Shown here: piece by piece, positions 23,903 to 35,280 of the stretch
Numbering within the stretch: position 1 is the stretch's first letter
Layout: the number at the start of each line of letters is the position of its first letter
Assembly (NCBI RefSeq): GCF_020745735.1
Contig: NC_083422.1
Location: 61,504,001-61,568,000 of the forward strand
Source: Hemiscyllium ocellatum
Lineage: Eukaryota
Length of the DNA stretch: 64,000 nt
Reading direction: 5' to 3'
Made by a program: the position numbers and the translations under genes
The notes under the pieces: model-generated
What the model was told of the DNA's origin: nothing
Database searches by the model: none
What the model saw: only the letters and a program-made list of their open reading frames with translations

Positions 23903-24647
23903 CAGATTCTGGATTAGTGGTGCTGGAACAGCACAGCAGTTCAGGCAGCATCCAACGAGCAGCGAAATCGACATTTCGGGCAAAAGCCCTTCATCAGGAA
24001 TAAAGGCAGTGAGCAGGAAGCATGGAGAGATAAGCTAGAGGGGGGTGGGGGTGGGGAGAGAGTAGCATAGAGTACAATGGGTGAGTGGGGGAGGGGATGA
24101 AGGTGATAGGTCAGGGAGGAGAGGGTGGAGTGGATAGGTGGAAAAGGAGTTAGGCAAGTCGGACAAGTCCGGGCAAGTCATGGGGACAGTGCTGAGCTGG
24201 AAGTTTGAAACTAGGATGAGGTGGGGGAAGGGGAAATGAGGAAACTGTTGAAGTCCACGTTGATGCCCTGGGGTTGAAGTGTTCCGAGGCGGAAGATGAG
24301 GCGTTCTTCCTCCAGGCGTCTGGTGGTGAGGGAGCGGCAGTGAAGGAGGCCCAGGACCTCCATGTCCCCGGCAGAGTGGGAGGGGGAGTTGAAATGTTGG
24401 AGTTGAAATGTTGGGCCACGGGGCGGTGTGGTTGATTGGTGCGGGTGTCCCGGAGATGTTCCCTAAAGCGCTCTGCTAGGAGTCGCCCAGTCTCCCCAAT
24501 GTAGAGGAGCCCGCATCGGGAGCAACGGATACAATAAATGATATTAGTGGATGTGCAGGTAAAACTTTGATGGATGTGGAAGGCTCCTTTAGGGCCTTGG
24601 ATAGAGGTGAGGGATGAGGTATGGGCACAGATTTTACAGTTCTTGCA
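23903..24647 (-). mobile_element. Penelope-like element 3' portion (GIY-YIG + pLTR), same family as 1872-2910
   Basis: Reverse complement is colinear with ~2155-2885. It carries a small internal duplication ggagttgaaatgttg. Confidence 0.9.
23966..24001 (-). ncRNA. Penelope-associated hammerhead ribozyme, near intact
   Basis: Minus strand reads auuc-CUGAUGA-A-GGGC uuuu GCCC-GAA-AUGU-C-gauu. Perfect stem II, GUC cleavage triplet, and a stem III palindrome with a CpG>TpG change. Confidence 0.7.
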
Positions 24648-25571
24648 ATCCCTTGCAAGGTTCCCCCATTCAAATGGCAGGGGTAGGATTATAACCTCCT
24701 GCCTCAGATCCAGATCACAAACCTTTCTATCATTGCTTGTGTCTCAGTCACAGCCCCTTCTCCCCAAGCAATCTTACTGGTGACTTTCTCTCACCTCACA
24801 GAATTCCTCTCATTGAATGGTGGAAGAGGGTGGAGGGACTGAATGGCCTCCTCCTGTTGCTATGTTCCATCACCTCTCTTTCCCATCCTGCTGTCAGACT
24901 GGCTACAGGACTAACTTTTCCAGTTTGGACAGGAGGCTGTCATGTGTAATGTGAAACTCTCTTCCTCTCTCCAGCTGCTGAGTATTTCCAGAATCTTCTA
25001 TTTTTATAGCATTAGCTGATGATGTGCTAATGTCTGTGCAACCTTTCATCAAATTGTTTAAGGTGTGCAATGTTTATTTGTTTCAAGATTTAAAGAGACA
25101 GTGAGGTGTCCCAACCTGTCCTAACACTGGGATTACCAACTCCGAGACTAGGCTCACTGTTTACATTGTCTCAACTGCAATCTCTGTGATTGAGAATTTG
25201 TTTTGGCTCAGTGGGTGTTAATGGGAAAGCGAATGACAGCGGCAATCACGGGCTCTTAGCTGAGCTCTAATACCTTGTTCCGATGCCCATAATTACAAAA
25301 CATATGCGGCTAAAGTCATGAACGATTCCCATGGCAAACCGTTACTCAAAAGGCCACAGATATTATCTATTCCAGTCCAGCACATACCTCACACTGGGTT
25401 AGTTTCAGTATCTCAGGCAGTACTTCTGTAAAAAAACATTCAAGTGAAAGTGTAAACTCTTCCATTTGTGTCCAGACTTCACTGGAAGCTTCTTCCATTC
25501 AGTTGGAGTTCCACACATCTGACCCCCATATCACAGATGATGCTGTCCAAGCATTAACATTAATGATCAAT

Positions 25572-25690
25572 GCCGGAGGAAAGATCACAGAAGCGCTTCA
25601 CAGGAGGCTCCCAAGCACTGAGGATGTCACCTAGACAGGGGACGAAACGTCTGCAACACAAATTCCCAGCTCGGCGAACAGAACCACAAC
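25572..25690 (+). mobile_element. 119-bp Penelope pLTR mini-insertion with a perfect 10-bp TSD
   Basis: aatgatcaat at 25562-25571 and 25691-25700. The interior is CpG-rich and contains a hammerhead core. Confidence 0.8.
25615..25654 (+). ncRNA. Intact minimal type I hammerhead ribozyme
   Basis: GCA-CUGAGGA-U-GUC a CCU agac AGG g GAC-GAA-ACGU-C-UGC. Stem I is GCA/UGC, stem II has 6 bp plus an A.G mismatch, stem III is the palindrome ACGU, and the cleavage site is GUC. Confidence 0.85.
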
Positions 25691-25799
25691 AATGATCAAT
25701 CCTGTACACACTGCATCACTGAGACTAGCTTTCATTCCACGTTTTGTTTTGATTCACTTAATTTAAATTTTCCCAGCTTAAAAGGACAAATGTAATTTG

Positions 25800-26300
25800 C
25801 AGAAATTCACCAAAGATTCTCGGGCAGCACCTTCCAAACCCATGACCTCTTCTATCCGTTAGTGAATCTGTTAGTGTAGAAATTTTCAGTTATTAAGGGG
25901 CACAAGCACTCAGGATCTCGACACCAGCACCAAATCCAGAACCTTCCACATTCATCTCTCCTGACAGTACACACCATCCACAAGATGCACAGCAACAACT
26001 CACCAAGCTTCCTCAGACAGCATCTTCCAATCCCACAACCACTTCCATCTAGAAGCACAAGGGCAGCAGATACATGGGAACACCACCCCCTGCAAGTTCC
26101 TCTTTAAACCATTCACCATCCTGACTTGGAAATATATCACCATTCCTTCAGTGTCATTGGGTCACAATCCTGGAATTCCCTCCCTAAGGGCATTGTGGGT
26201 CAACCCATAGCACACGGACTGCACCATCACCTTTTCAAAGGGTAACTAGGAACAGGCAATAAATGCTGGGCCCAGTCAGTGACACCCGGGTCCCATAAAA
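25800..26300 (+). mobile_element. CR1-clade LINE 3' UTR fragments (subfamily of 10665-11425)
   Basis: Colinear with 11080-11420. The segment around 25800-25857 is a second copy of 25995-26050. Confidence 0.75.
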
Positions 26301-26649
26301 AAAAATTAAAAGCTCCTTTTGTGCTGAAGATATTTCCAGTTGTCAGACTGCAGCTGGTTCACAGGGAGATCTCCAGCTGGGGTTGAATGGAAACTTATCA
26401 AAATGTCCAACAATGAAAACTAACACAATTTTCAGCTAAATCTCTGGTCAGATTGATAATTGGACACAACCATAAACTCTACCTCAATTTGCTATCTTTA
26501 TTGAATCTGTGGAAAACAGGAGTAGGCCATTTGGCCCGTTGATCTTGCTGCATCATTCATTATGATGGTGGCTGAACAGCCTTTCCTGCTTTTCCCCCAC
26601 TTCTTTTGACCCCTCTAGCCCCAAGTGCCAGATCCAACTCCTCATAATT

Positions 26650-26950
26650 ATTTTGATTGAGGGATAAATATTGGGAGAAAGTGAGGACTGCAAATGCTGG
26701 AGATCAGAGTTGAGAGTGTGGTGCTGGAAAAGTACAGCAGGTCAGGCAGCATCTGAGGAGCAGGAGAATTGACATTGTCAGGGTAAAATCTCCCTTTTTT
26801 CCTGGAAATCATGTCATGGGATTATTCACATTGAGCTGAGAGGAGAATTGGTGCTTGGGTTGGCTGATAGCTGGCACCTGGGACAGAGTGGCACTACCTC
26901 AGCCTGGCACTGATGAAGCCAGCCTGGTTTGGTTGCTCGGGTCTCATGGA
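26650..26950 (-). mobile_element. Deu-domain (SacSINE1-like) SINE relic carrying a family C Penelope pLTR insert (26673-26783)
   Basis: gattgagggataaatattgg...gtcatgggattattcacat...gcactacctcagcctggcactg. The insert matches 15598-15700. Confidence 0.5.
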
Positions 26951-27399
26951 AACATATTCCAGTACAATGTGTATACTCTCTCATGAAGTGAATGGAATAG
27001 GACTTATTTAGAACTCAATCCAAGGCTGTGGTAGGATAGTCGTTCAACACTTTATTACAATGCAGTACACTCAGTAGGAACAATGAGCAGGTCCCATGAT
27101 GCAGACTGACTGCTGTCGCTGGCTAAATTCATTGACTAAATAAGGCTAGATGTCAATCTAACATCATAATGTTCTAAGTGCCCATGACCACTAACAGACA
27201 GATGGACAGTAGTAAATCTTCCTGCAGCAGACCTCTGCTGTGAATATAGTTCTGCAATTTAAGTTTCTAAATAAAACCTCCAAGGTGCCACTGAAATCAG
27301 AGAGGGGCTCTCTGTTAGAACAGCTCACATCACACTCAAAGATATAAACAAAACAGGAAGATTACAAAGACTTTTCACAGCTACTGGGTAATGCAAGTA

Positions 27400-27810
27400 C
27401 TCTGCAGCCGATAAAGTATTTTTGAAATGGAGTCAATTGCTGTAATGTAACAAACACCGCAACTAATTTCCACACCAAATCCCAACAAACCGCAGTATGA
27501 TAGTGAACAGAGGGATAATCTGCTTATTGTGATGTTGACGGAGGGTTAAGCATTGGTCAGAATTCTGTTTTTTTTCCTTTCAGTAGTACCAGAGGGTCTT
27601 TTGGTATGTCACAGTGATACATGGGGCCTCAATGTATCTGAACTGGGAATCCCTTCCCCCCTCTCCCTGGTAGTGCAGCACTTCCTCAGGACTGCACGGG
27701 GACACCTGCCTTCACTTTGTGCTGAACTCCTGGAGTGGACCTTGAATCGAGACCTTGTGATTCTGAAACAGCGGGAGGGTGTTACCAATTGAAACACTCA
27801 GCAATGCCAA
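27400..27810 (-). mobile_element. Deu-domain (SacSINE1-like) SINE relic
   Basis: cagccgataaagtatttttgaaatggagtca...gataatctgcttattgtgatgttgacggagggttaagcattggtcag..., ending in a tRNA-like head (gagtggaccttgaatcgagaccttgtgattctga). Recognised from recall. Confidence 0.55.
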
Positions 27811-28429
27811 CTGTCCCCAGTGTGAAGCCACCATTAAACATCATCGTCACTGAGAGCAAATATACCACGGAAGGAAGGTTCCATTGGTGCTTGGCTGTCT
27901 ATATCAGTAAAAGTTAGCGATGATCCTTGATGGCAGGAAAGAGGAGATTATTGACTGGTGATCAGCATGGCCTGACCTTCTAGTTCTGTCCCTCCATTTC
28001 CCCCACAAAGGATTTGATGTAAAGGACAGTCAGAGTGTTCACAGCTTTGCACAAACATTATTCTACATTACTGCAGAGAAAATGGAGCAGCAGTTAAGGG
28101 AATTTAGATGAGACAAAGTTGAGGAAGGTATTTTGTATAAATTAAGTCTTAAATTTTTTTACTTAAAAATAAAACAAGGGATTTTGAAATACATTGCGAC
28201 AATAATAAGTGTTAGACTCCTTGAATATTTGCCATCTTCACTGACCCCCCGAGCCCATGCCGCAGTTCCAGGCTGCAGAGAGCGGCCCTCATATTTGAAA
28301 CTTATGGGGAAGTGGCACTGAGTTTTCAGACACTGAATGCATAATTCCTAGCAAAGAAGCGTGGATTCTGCATGGATGACAGAGAAACCAAATCTACTGT
28401 CTCTGCCCACATGTCAAAATTTTTTAAAA

Positions 28430-28580
28430 ATTCATTCACAGGGTGAGGGCATCTCTGGCTGGCCAAGAATTTATTGCCCATCCCTAATTACCCAGAGGGC
28501 AGGTAAGAGTCAACCCCATTAGGTGTGGAGTCACATCTAGGCTAGACCAGATAAGGATAGCAGATTTCCTTCCTTAAAGG
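28430..28580 (-). mobile_element. SINE 3' fragment with a CR1-clade tail
   Basis: atttattgcccatccctaattaccc is the reverse complement of a near match to the LINE tail gggcaactagggacaggcaataaat (11357-11380). Confidence 0.65.
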
Positions 28581-28589
28581 GAGCACAGC

Positions 28590-29335
28590 AGATTGGGGGA
28601 ATATGATTGATATGTACAAAATTAGGAGGGACATCGATGGAGTTGACAGGAGAAACCTTTCCTCTTGACTGAGGGATCAATGACCGGGGTAGGGGGGCAC
28701 AAATCAAAGGGAAGGGGCAGGAGGTTTCAAGGGGATATGAGGGAAAACTTTCTTCAACCAGAGAGTGGTAAGAATCTGGAACTCGCTGCCTCTAAAGTGT
28801 GGGAGAGGCAGAAATCCTCATAACATATAAAATCATAAGGGGCATGGATAGGGTAAATAGACCACATCTTTTCCCTGGGGTGGGGGAGTCCAGAACTAGA
28901 CGGCATAGGTTTAGGGTGAGAGGGGAAAGATTTAAAAGGGACTTGAGGGGCAACCTTTTCAGAAGGTGATGTGTGTATGGAATGAGTTGCCAGAGGAAGT
29001 GGTGGAGGCTGGTACAATTATAGCATTTAAAAAGCATCTGGATGGGTTTATGAATAGGAAGGGTTTAGAGGGATTATGGGCCAAGTGCTGGCAAATGGGA
29101 CTAGATTAATTTAAGATATCTGGTCAGTATGGATGAGTTGGACTGAAGGGTCTGTTTCCATTCTGTACATCTCTATGGCTCTATATTTAGATGTGCCCTT
29201 GCGATGCCAAGTCATAAGGCTATGGGCTAAATATTGGAAAATAGAATAGTTAGCTGGGTATTTTTGATAAGCAGAGACTCAATGGGCCAAAGGGCCTTTT
29301 TCTGTGTTGTAGATCTCAAAGACTCTATGACTCTA
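28590..29335 (+). mobile_element. Older CR1 3' fragment with a younger CR1 3' fragment (28826-29185) nested inside it
   Basis: Two successive agaactagacggcatagg/ggaatgagttgccagagg-type segments and two (ctctatg)n tails. Confidence 0.8.
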
Positions 29336-30825
29336 TGGCTCTCCCCAATTCCCAAACCCATTTTCCATCCACCTCTCTCCAGCCCCAGGAATCTCAGGGC
29401 TGATTATGGATTTCATTGGATGAGAAAATCCAGTTTGCAGCTGTCCATTCCATTCTGTGCTGGGATGTCGTGGGGCATCACTGTAATGGAGAGCTGGTTT
29501 TGTTTGTGGGAATTATTTTGTGTTGTGGCGTGGCATTGGGAATACAGCAGGCAGTTACTGACACTTGCTGACGTTGAAGTGCCGAATGTGTAATGCTTCA
29601 AGCATTGCAACAGATTCCTGAAGACATATGATCATTTTCAAAATGTACCCTCTCACAACACTCCCCACCTCCTCGCCCAGAGCCTCCCTACCCTTCCCAC
29701 CTCCCCACCCCCACCCTGTCAGGCTCCCACACTCTGCCCCGCCATTAGACATTTGTGAATGCTGTCGTGTGTGCAAGACCTCTCGCATTCTGCCTCTGAT
29801 TTATAGCCACTAATTTGAAACTGATTGAGGTTATGGGATCAGATTTGAGCAATCTACAAAAATTGGAATGGATCTAAATAGTGAATGGTGCGGTGTAGAG
29901 TGAGAAGAGATCTGTTCGTGTCAGCGGGGTGACTCAATGGTAAGAATGTCTTTAATTCAATGAAAACATGACTATGTTTTTGATCCACTTTAGCAGGCAG
30001 TGAAGGACATAACCAGGTCCTCACTGCCTTGCTGATGTTTTCCGGAACCTGAACGTGTTTTTTCTTGTTTTGTTCATTTACTGGAGCAGTTGTGGCTCAG
30101 TGTGCAGAGGCTCAGTCTGTTAGAAATGGAATGCAGAAACAGTTAAATCCCAACAAAGTTGTTGCTGTTTTGTCAAGGGAATTTTTGCTTTCAATAACGG
30201 GTGATTTTTAAAAGAAGTAAACTCTGCGCTGAGCAGAGAGCAGGAGAGATCAATCACTTTTAAGAGGACACCCATCCTAACTGAAATATAAATTAGCCAA
30301 TAAGGGAGACCAAATTTATTTCCTAACAGTCTGAAAATAGTTCTGAAATTATAGTTATACAAATCAATTCCATCTATCTCAGAAAGATTTATCAAAATCT
30401 TTACATGTGAAAGATTTACCTTTAGTAGAGAAACTATTAGATCAGCATTAAGTGTTCACAAAACATTAACACCTAAAATAAAAGGATTTGTATTTATTCA
30501 CCATTTATGATTTCAGGACTTCCCAAACCATTTTTTCAGCCTTGCAATGTAGTCATTGTCGTAATTTAGGAAGTTTCTTAACAGAAAAGTAGAAAATGCT
30601 GCAAATAGAATTCCTTAGAGAATTCTGTTAAGAGAATTCCTTAGGATATTGTGGAAAGATTTCATTGGAAAACATTTACTCTGTTTCTCTCTCAATGCCT
30701 GACACAAAGTGCTTCCAACATTTACTATTTCTTGTTTTGGCTAGTTTTCCAGTTACCTCAGTATTTTGTGTTTGTGGTCACAGCTCCATTATGTTGTAAA
30801 CTGTAACCTGTAATAATCTTGAGAG

Positions 30826-31040
30826 GTTGATTAGCTCAGTTGGCTGGTTGCCTAGTTTATAATGGAAGATGATGGCGTTGGTGTGGGTTCAATTCCTGCA
30901 CCAACTGAGGGTTACTACAAAGGACTCTCCTTCTCAACCTCTCCCCATGCCTGAGACATGCTGACCCTCAGGTTAAACCACCACCAGTTGTCCCTCTGCA
31001 ATGAGAGAGCAGTGCTATTGTCCATCGACCATATGTTCTA
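30826..31040 (+). mobile_element. tRNA-derived SINE (third family)
   Basis: A box tagctcagttgg, B box ggttcaattcc, and body ccctcaggttaaaccaccaccagt. A related head lies at ~21512-21560. Confidence 0.65.
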
Positions 31041-31364
31041 TTGACTTTTCACTGGTTGATTGGCTGGTGAGAAGATGGTGATCTGTAGGCTACCGCTCGT
31101 CACTGTCAGTGAAAGGTGAAGCAGTGTTCCACATTAAATAACAGGAACTTGAATGATCCAGGGCCATGTGCAGAATGTTTAAGCACAAGCTTTGAGCTGT
31201 TTGGTACATGACTGAACATGTGAGAAATCTTGACAATGTAAACATTGCTGGCCTGCTAGAAATGATTTGCATGATCACATGAATACTTTCACAGTTGGAG
31301 ACAAGGCATTGGGAAAGAGAGGTGTTGTTAACATTGAACATTCAAAATAAAAATAAAATAGAGT

Positions 31365-31720
31365 CAAATATCTTTTGGCTGTTGTAACCGTACCCACTTC
31401 CAACACTTCCTCTGGCAGTTCATTCCACAAACAAACCACGCTCTGTGTGAAATAATTGCCCCTCAGGTCCAGTTTAAATCTTTCTCCTCTCACCTTGAAT
31501 CTATGCCCTCTAGTTCTGAACTCCCCTACCCTGGGCAAAAGGCCTTTGCTACTTACCTTATCCATAACCTTCATGATTTTATAAATCTCTATAAGGTCAC
31601 CCATCAGCCTCCTACACTCCAGGGAAAACAGTGCCAGCCTATCCAGCCTCTCCTTATAACACAAACTCTCCAATTCTGCACTCTATCCAATTTAATAATA
31701 TCCTTCCTATGGCAGAGCAA
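31365..31720 (-). mobile_element. CR1 3' fragment
   Basis: ORF 31275-31673 encodes YKERLDRLALFSLECRRLMGDLIEIYKIM...RTRGHRFKVRG...FTQSVVCLWNELPEEV. Confidence 0.9.
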
Positions 31721-32363
31721 GTAGAACTGTATACAGCTGTACAGAACTGCAAAAGGTTGTGTAGTTCAAGAGGAACTTTCAAATTACACATTTCTTAGTC
31801 AGATTGCCACACAGATGTGACATTTTATCAGTAAAAAGGGTGCCATGCCATCATCTAGTGCATTGTGGGTTCCTTCACCACCATGAACATTGGGAAGACT
31901 CCATCCAAGTAACACCTGCAATGTTAACTCTGCCATTTTACGTTTTGAGTTTGTTCTCCTATATAAAATTAATCCACCGCTGAATCCAAGACTGACTGGA
32001 TAATTATCCTCAGCTTCTCATTCTGGGCAGTTCCATTTGTCTCTGAGAATGACGCTGAACATTTGGTTTAGAAGTACGTGCCCTATCGACTCTGCACTGA
32101 GAGAAAACTGTCCCTTCCTCATCTGTCCAAACTGTTTCCACTATCTTCATGGTTTATCCCATATCTGTCTGGATTCTCACGTGAGATGTTCTCCTCTCGA
32201 ATACCAAGCTGCAGGTCTCCATGTCACTCCGGTCCAGGTGTGGGCTAATAAGATTCACGCCAATCCTGGTGAGGTCACTGGCTATATGACTGACATCAGG
32301 AGGAGAGAAGACACCAGCCCAGAATGAGTTTATGTACAGTCAGGTCTTACATACCACATAGTA

Positions 32364-33342
32364 GGGCCCTCAGCCCACTACTGTACTCCCCGTACACCCA
32401 CGGCTGGGCCCTCAGCCCCCTACTGTACTCCCCGTGCACCCACGGCTGTGTCCTCAGCCCCTACTGTACTCCCCGTACACCCACGGCTGTGTCCCTCAGC
32501 CCCCTACTGTACTCCCCGTACACCCACGGCTGTGTCTCTCAGCCCCCTACTGTACTCCCTGTACACCCACAGCTGTGTCCCTCAGCCCCTACTGTACTCC
32601 CTGTACACCCACGGCTGTGCCCCTCAGCTCCTACTGTACTCCCCGTACACCCACGGCTGTGTCCCTCAGCCCCCTACTGTACTCCCCGTACACCCATGGC
32701 TGTGTCCCTCAGCTCCTACTGTACTCCCCGTACACCCATGGCTGTGTCCCTCAGCCCCCTACTGTACTCCCCGTACACCCACGGCTGTGTCCCTCAGCCC
32801 CCTACTGTACTCCCCGTACACACACGGCTGTGTCCCTCAGCCCCCTACTGTACTCCCTGTACACACACGGCTGTGTCCCTCAGCCCCATACTGTACTCCC
32901 CGTACACCCACGGCTGTGTCCCTCAGCCCCCTACTGTACTCCCTGTACACACACGGTTGTGTCACTCAGCCCCTACTGTACTCCCTGTACACCCACGGCT
33001 GTGTCCCTCAGCCCCCTACTGTACTCCCTGTACACACACGGCTGTGTCACTCAGCCCCCTACTGTACTCCCTGTACACCCACGGCTGTGTCCCTCAGCCC
33101 CCTACTGTACTCCCCGTACACCCACGGCTGTGTCCCTCAGCCCCCTACTGTACTCCCCGTACACCCACGGCTGTGTCCCTCAGCCCCCTACTGTACTCCC
33201 CGTACACCCACGGCTGTGTCCCTCAGCCCCCTACTGTACTCCCCGTACACCCACGGCTGTGTCCCTCAGCCCCTACTGTACTCCCCGTACACCCACGGCT
33301 GTGTCCCTCAGCCCCCTACTGTACTCCCTGTACACCCACGGC
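32364..33342 (+). repeat. 43-bp minisatellite (ccctcagccccctactgtactccccgtacacccacggctgtgt) x~23, derived from Rex1/Babar RT
   Basis: Tandem 42-43 bp units that translate as LSPLLYS(L/P)YTHGCV. The three overlapping stop-free ORFs reflect the repeat. Confidence 0.95.
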
Positions 33343-33349
33343 TTTGCTA

Positions 33350-33850
33350 AAACTAGTCAAAACGCAGCTGGAATACTAATTTGAGTCTCCTTATCTGAGG
33401 AAACACATAATGGCATTGTAGCCAGTCCAAGGAAGGTTCAATCGACTGATCCCAGGGATGAGGGACTCTGAGGAGAAATTGAGTAAACTGGGTCTGTACT
33501 CATTGAAATAGAGATGAATGTCAGGAAACATGGAATATTCTTCGGGGGCTTGGCAGGGGAGATGTGGAGAAGTTGTTTCCCCTTGTGGGAGAGTCAAGGA
33601 CCAAACGAAATAAACTCAGAATAAGGAATCACCCAAATGAAGACAGAGATGAGGAGGAATTTCTTCTCTCAGAGAGGAGTGAATCCATGGAATTCTCTAT
33701 CACAGAGGGCTGTCGAGGCTGGGACATGAAAGTAGACTCAAGGCTGAGAGAGACAGATTTTCAGTCAGGAAAGGAGTGGAGGGGTGTGGGGAAAGGGCAC
33801 GAAAGTGGAGTTGAGGATTATCAGATCAGCTACGGTCTGACTGAATCCAC
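33350..33850 (+). mobile_element. Decayed CR1 3' fragment
   Basis: ctagtcaaaacgcagctggaatact...ggaaggttcaatcgactgatcccagggatg...EKLFPLVGESRTKRNKLRIR. Confidence 0.8.
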
Positions 33851-34049
33851 CTACTAGGCCTGATGAACAGATTCAACAAAGAGAAAGTGTATGTCAGGTC
33901 ATCCCCAACCGAGTAATATTCCAGAACAATATTCAAAGCAACATTGGATTAAAACACAGGAGCAAACTATGGGCCCACATTAACCCTATTCTCCCAGCCT
34001 ATCGTGATCCCTTACAATTTGCCTGCCAACGTAAGGTGTTCAAAACAAG

Positions 34050-34165
34050 TGGATTCTCAGCTTCCTGACCAACAGACCCCAATCAATGAGGATAAGTAAC
34101 TGCACATCCTCCACAATAACACTGGAGCCGCACCAAAGGATGTGTCCTTAGCCCCCATTGTACTC
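34050..34165 (+). mobile_element. Rex1/Babar RT fragment running directly into the 43-bp repeat
   Basis: Translates WILSFLTNRPQSMRISNCTSSTIT, then with frameshifts NTGA..P..GCVLSP. Confidence 0.8.
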
Positions 34166-34398
34166 CCTGTACACACACGGCTGTGTCCCTCAGCCCCCTA
34201 CTGTACTCCCCGTACACCCTCGACTGTGCCCTCAGCCCCCTACTGTACCCCCTGTACACACACGGCAGTGTCACTCAGCCCCTACTGTACTCCTTGTGCA
34301 CCCACGGCTGTGTCCCTCAGCACCCTACTGTACTCCCCGTATACACACGGCTGTGTCCCTCAGCCCCTACTGTACTCCCTGTACACCCACGGCTGTGT
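34138..34398 (+). repeat. Second array of the 43-bp minisatellite, x~6
   Basis: Same unit as 32364-33342. Confidence 0.9.
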
Positions 34399-34880
34399 GT
34401 CTATGTATTTGCCCGTTTATGTCTATTTGTGTGCGTGTGTGTTTGTGTGCGTGTGTCTTGGTTTGTGTGTGTATCTCTCTATGTGCGTCTGTATCTAAGT
34501 GTGTCAATGTGTGTATCTGTGTGTGTCAACGTGTGTGATTTTATCTATGGTGTGTCTGTGTGTTTGTCTGTTTACGCCTGTNNNNNNNNNNNNNNNNNNN
34601 NNNNNNNNNNNNNNNNNNNNNNNNNNNNNNNNNNNNNNNNNNNNNNNNNNNNNNNNNNNNNNNNNNNNNNNNNNNNNNNNNNNNNNNNNNNNNNNNNNNN
34701 NNNNNNNNNNNNNNNNNNNNNNNNNNNNNNNNNNNNNNNNNNNNNNNNNNNNNNNNNNNNNNNNNNNNNNNNNNNNNNNNNNNNNNNNNNNNNNNNGTAT
34801 TTATGTATGTCTGTGCGTGTATCCATCTGTCTGTATGTGTATCTGTTTGTGTGTGTCTCTGTGTGTGTCTGTGTGTGTGT
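34395..34880. repeat. Degenerate (GT)n microsatellite spanning an assembly gap (N 34582-34796)
   Basis: Directly visible. Confidence 0.9.
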
Positions 34881-35280
34881 TGATTTGATTTGATTTGATT
34901 TATTGTTGTCACATGTGCCGAGATACAGTGAAGAATATTGTTTTGTATGTTAACCAGACAAACCATACCTTACATAGGTACATCAGGGTAGAAGAACAGC
35001 ATGCAGAATATTGTGTTACAGTTACAGAGAAGGTGCAGAGAAAGATCAACTCTAATATATTAGGGGCCTCTAATATATGAGTCTGAAAACAGTGGGGAAG
35101 AAGCTGCTTTTGAATATGTTGGTACATGTTTTCTAACTTTCATGTCTTCGGTCTAATGGAAGCGAGTGGACGAGAGTATAACCAGGATTAGAGGGTCTTT
35201 GATGATGCCAACTGCTCTCCTGAGGCAGCGGGAAGTATAGATGGAGTCAGTGGATGGAAGGATGGTTTCCCTGATGGAAC

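Noticed and set aside
29569-29627. Minus-strand candidate exon ESVAMLEALHIRHFNVSKC
   Set aside because: Weak donor, and it overlaps what looks like a decayed Deu-SINE 3' region.
32175-32186. 12-bp palindrome tctcacgtgaga containing an E-box
   Set aside because: A single short palindrome is expected by chance in 64 kb, and there is no supporting context.
32324-33384. Three long overlapping ORFs (300-351 aa, Pro/Cys/Thr-rich)
   Set aside because: Products of a stop-free 43-bp tandem repeat, not evidence of a gene.
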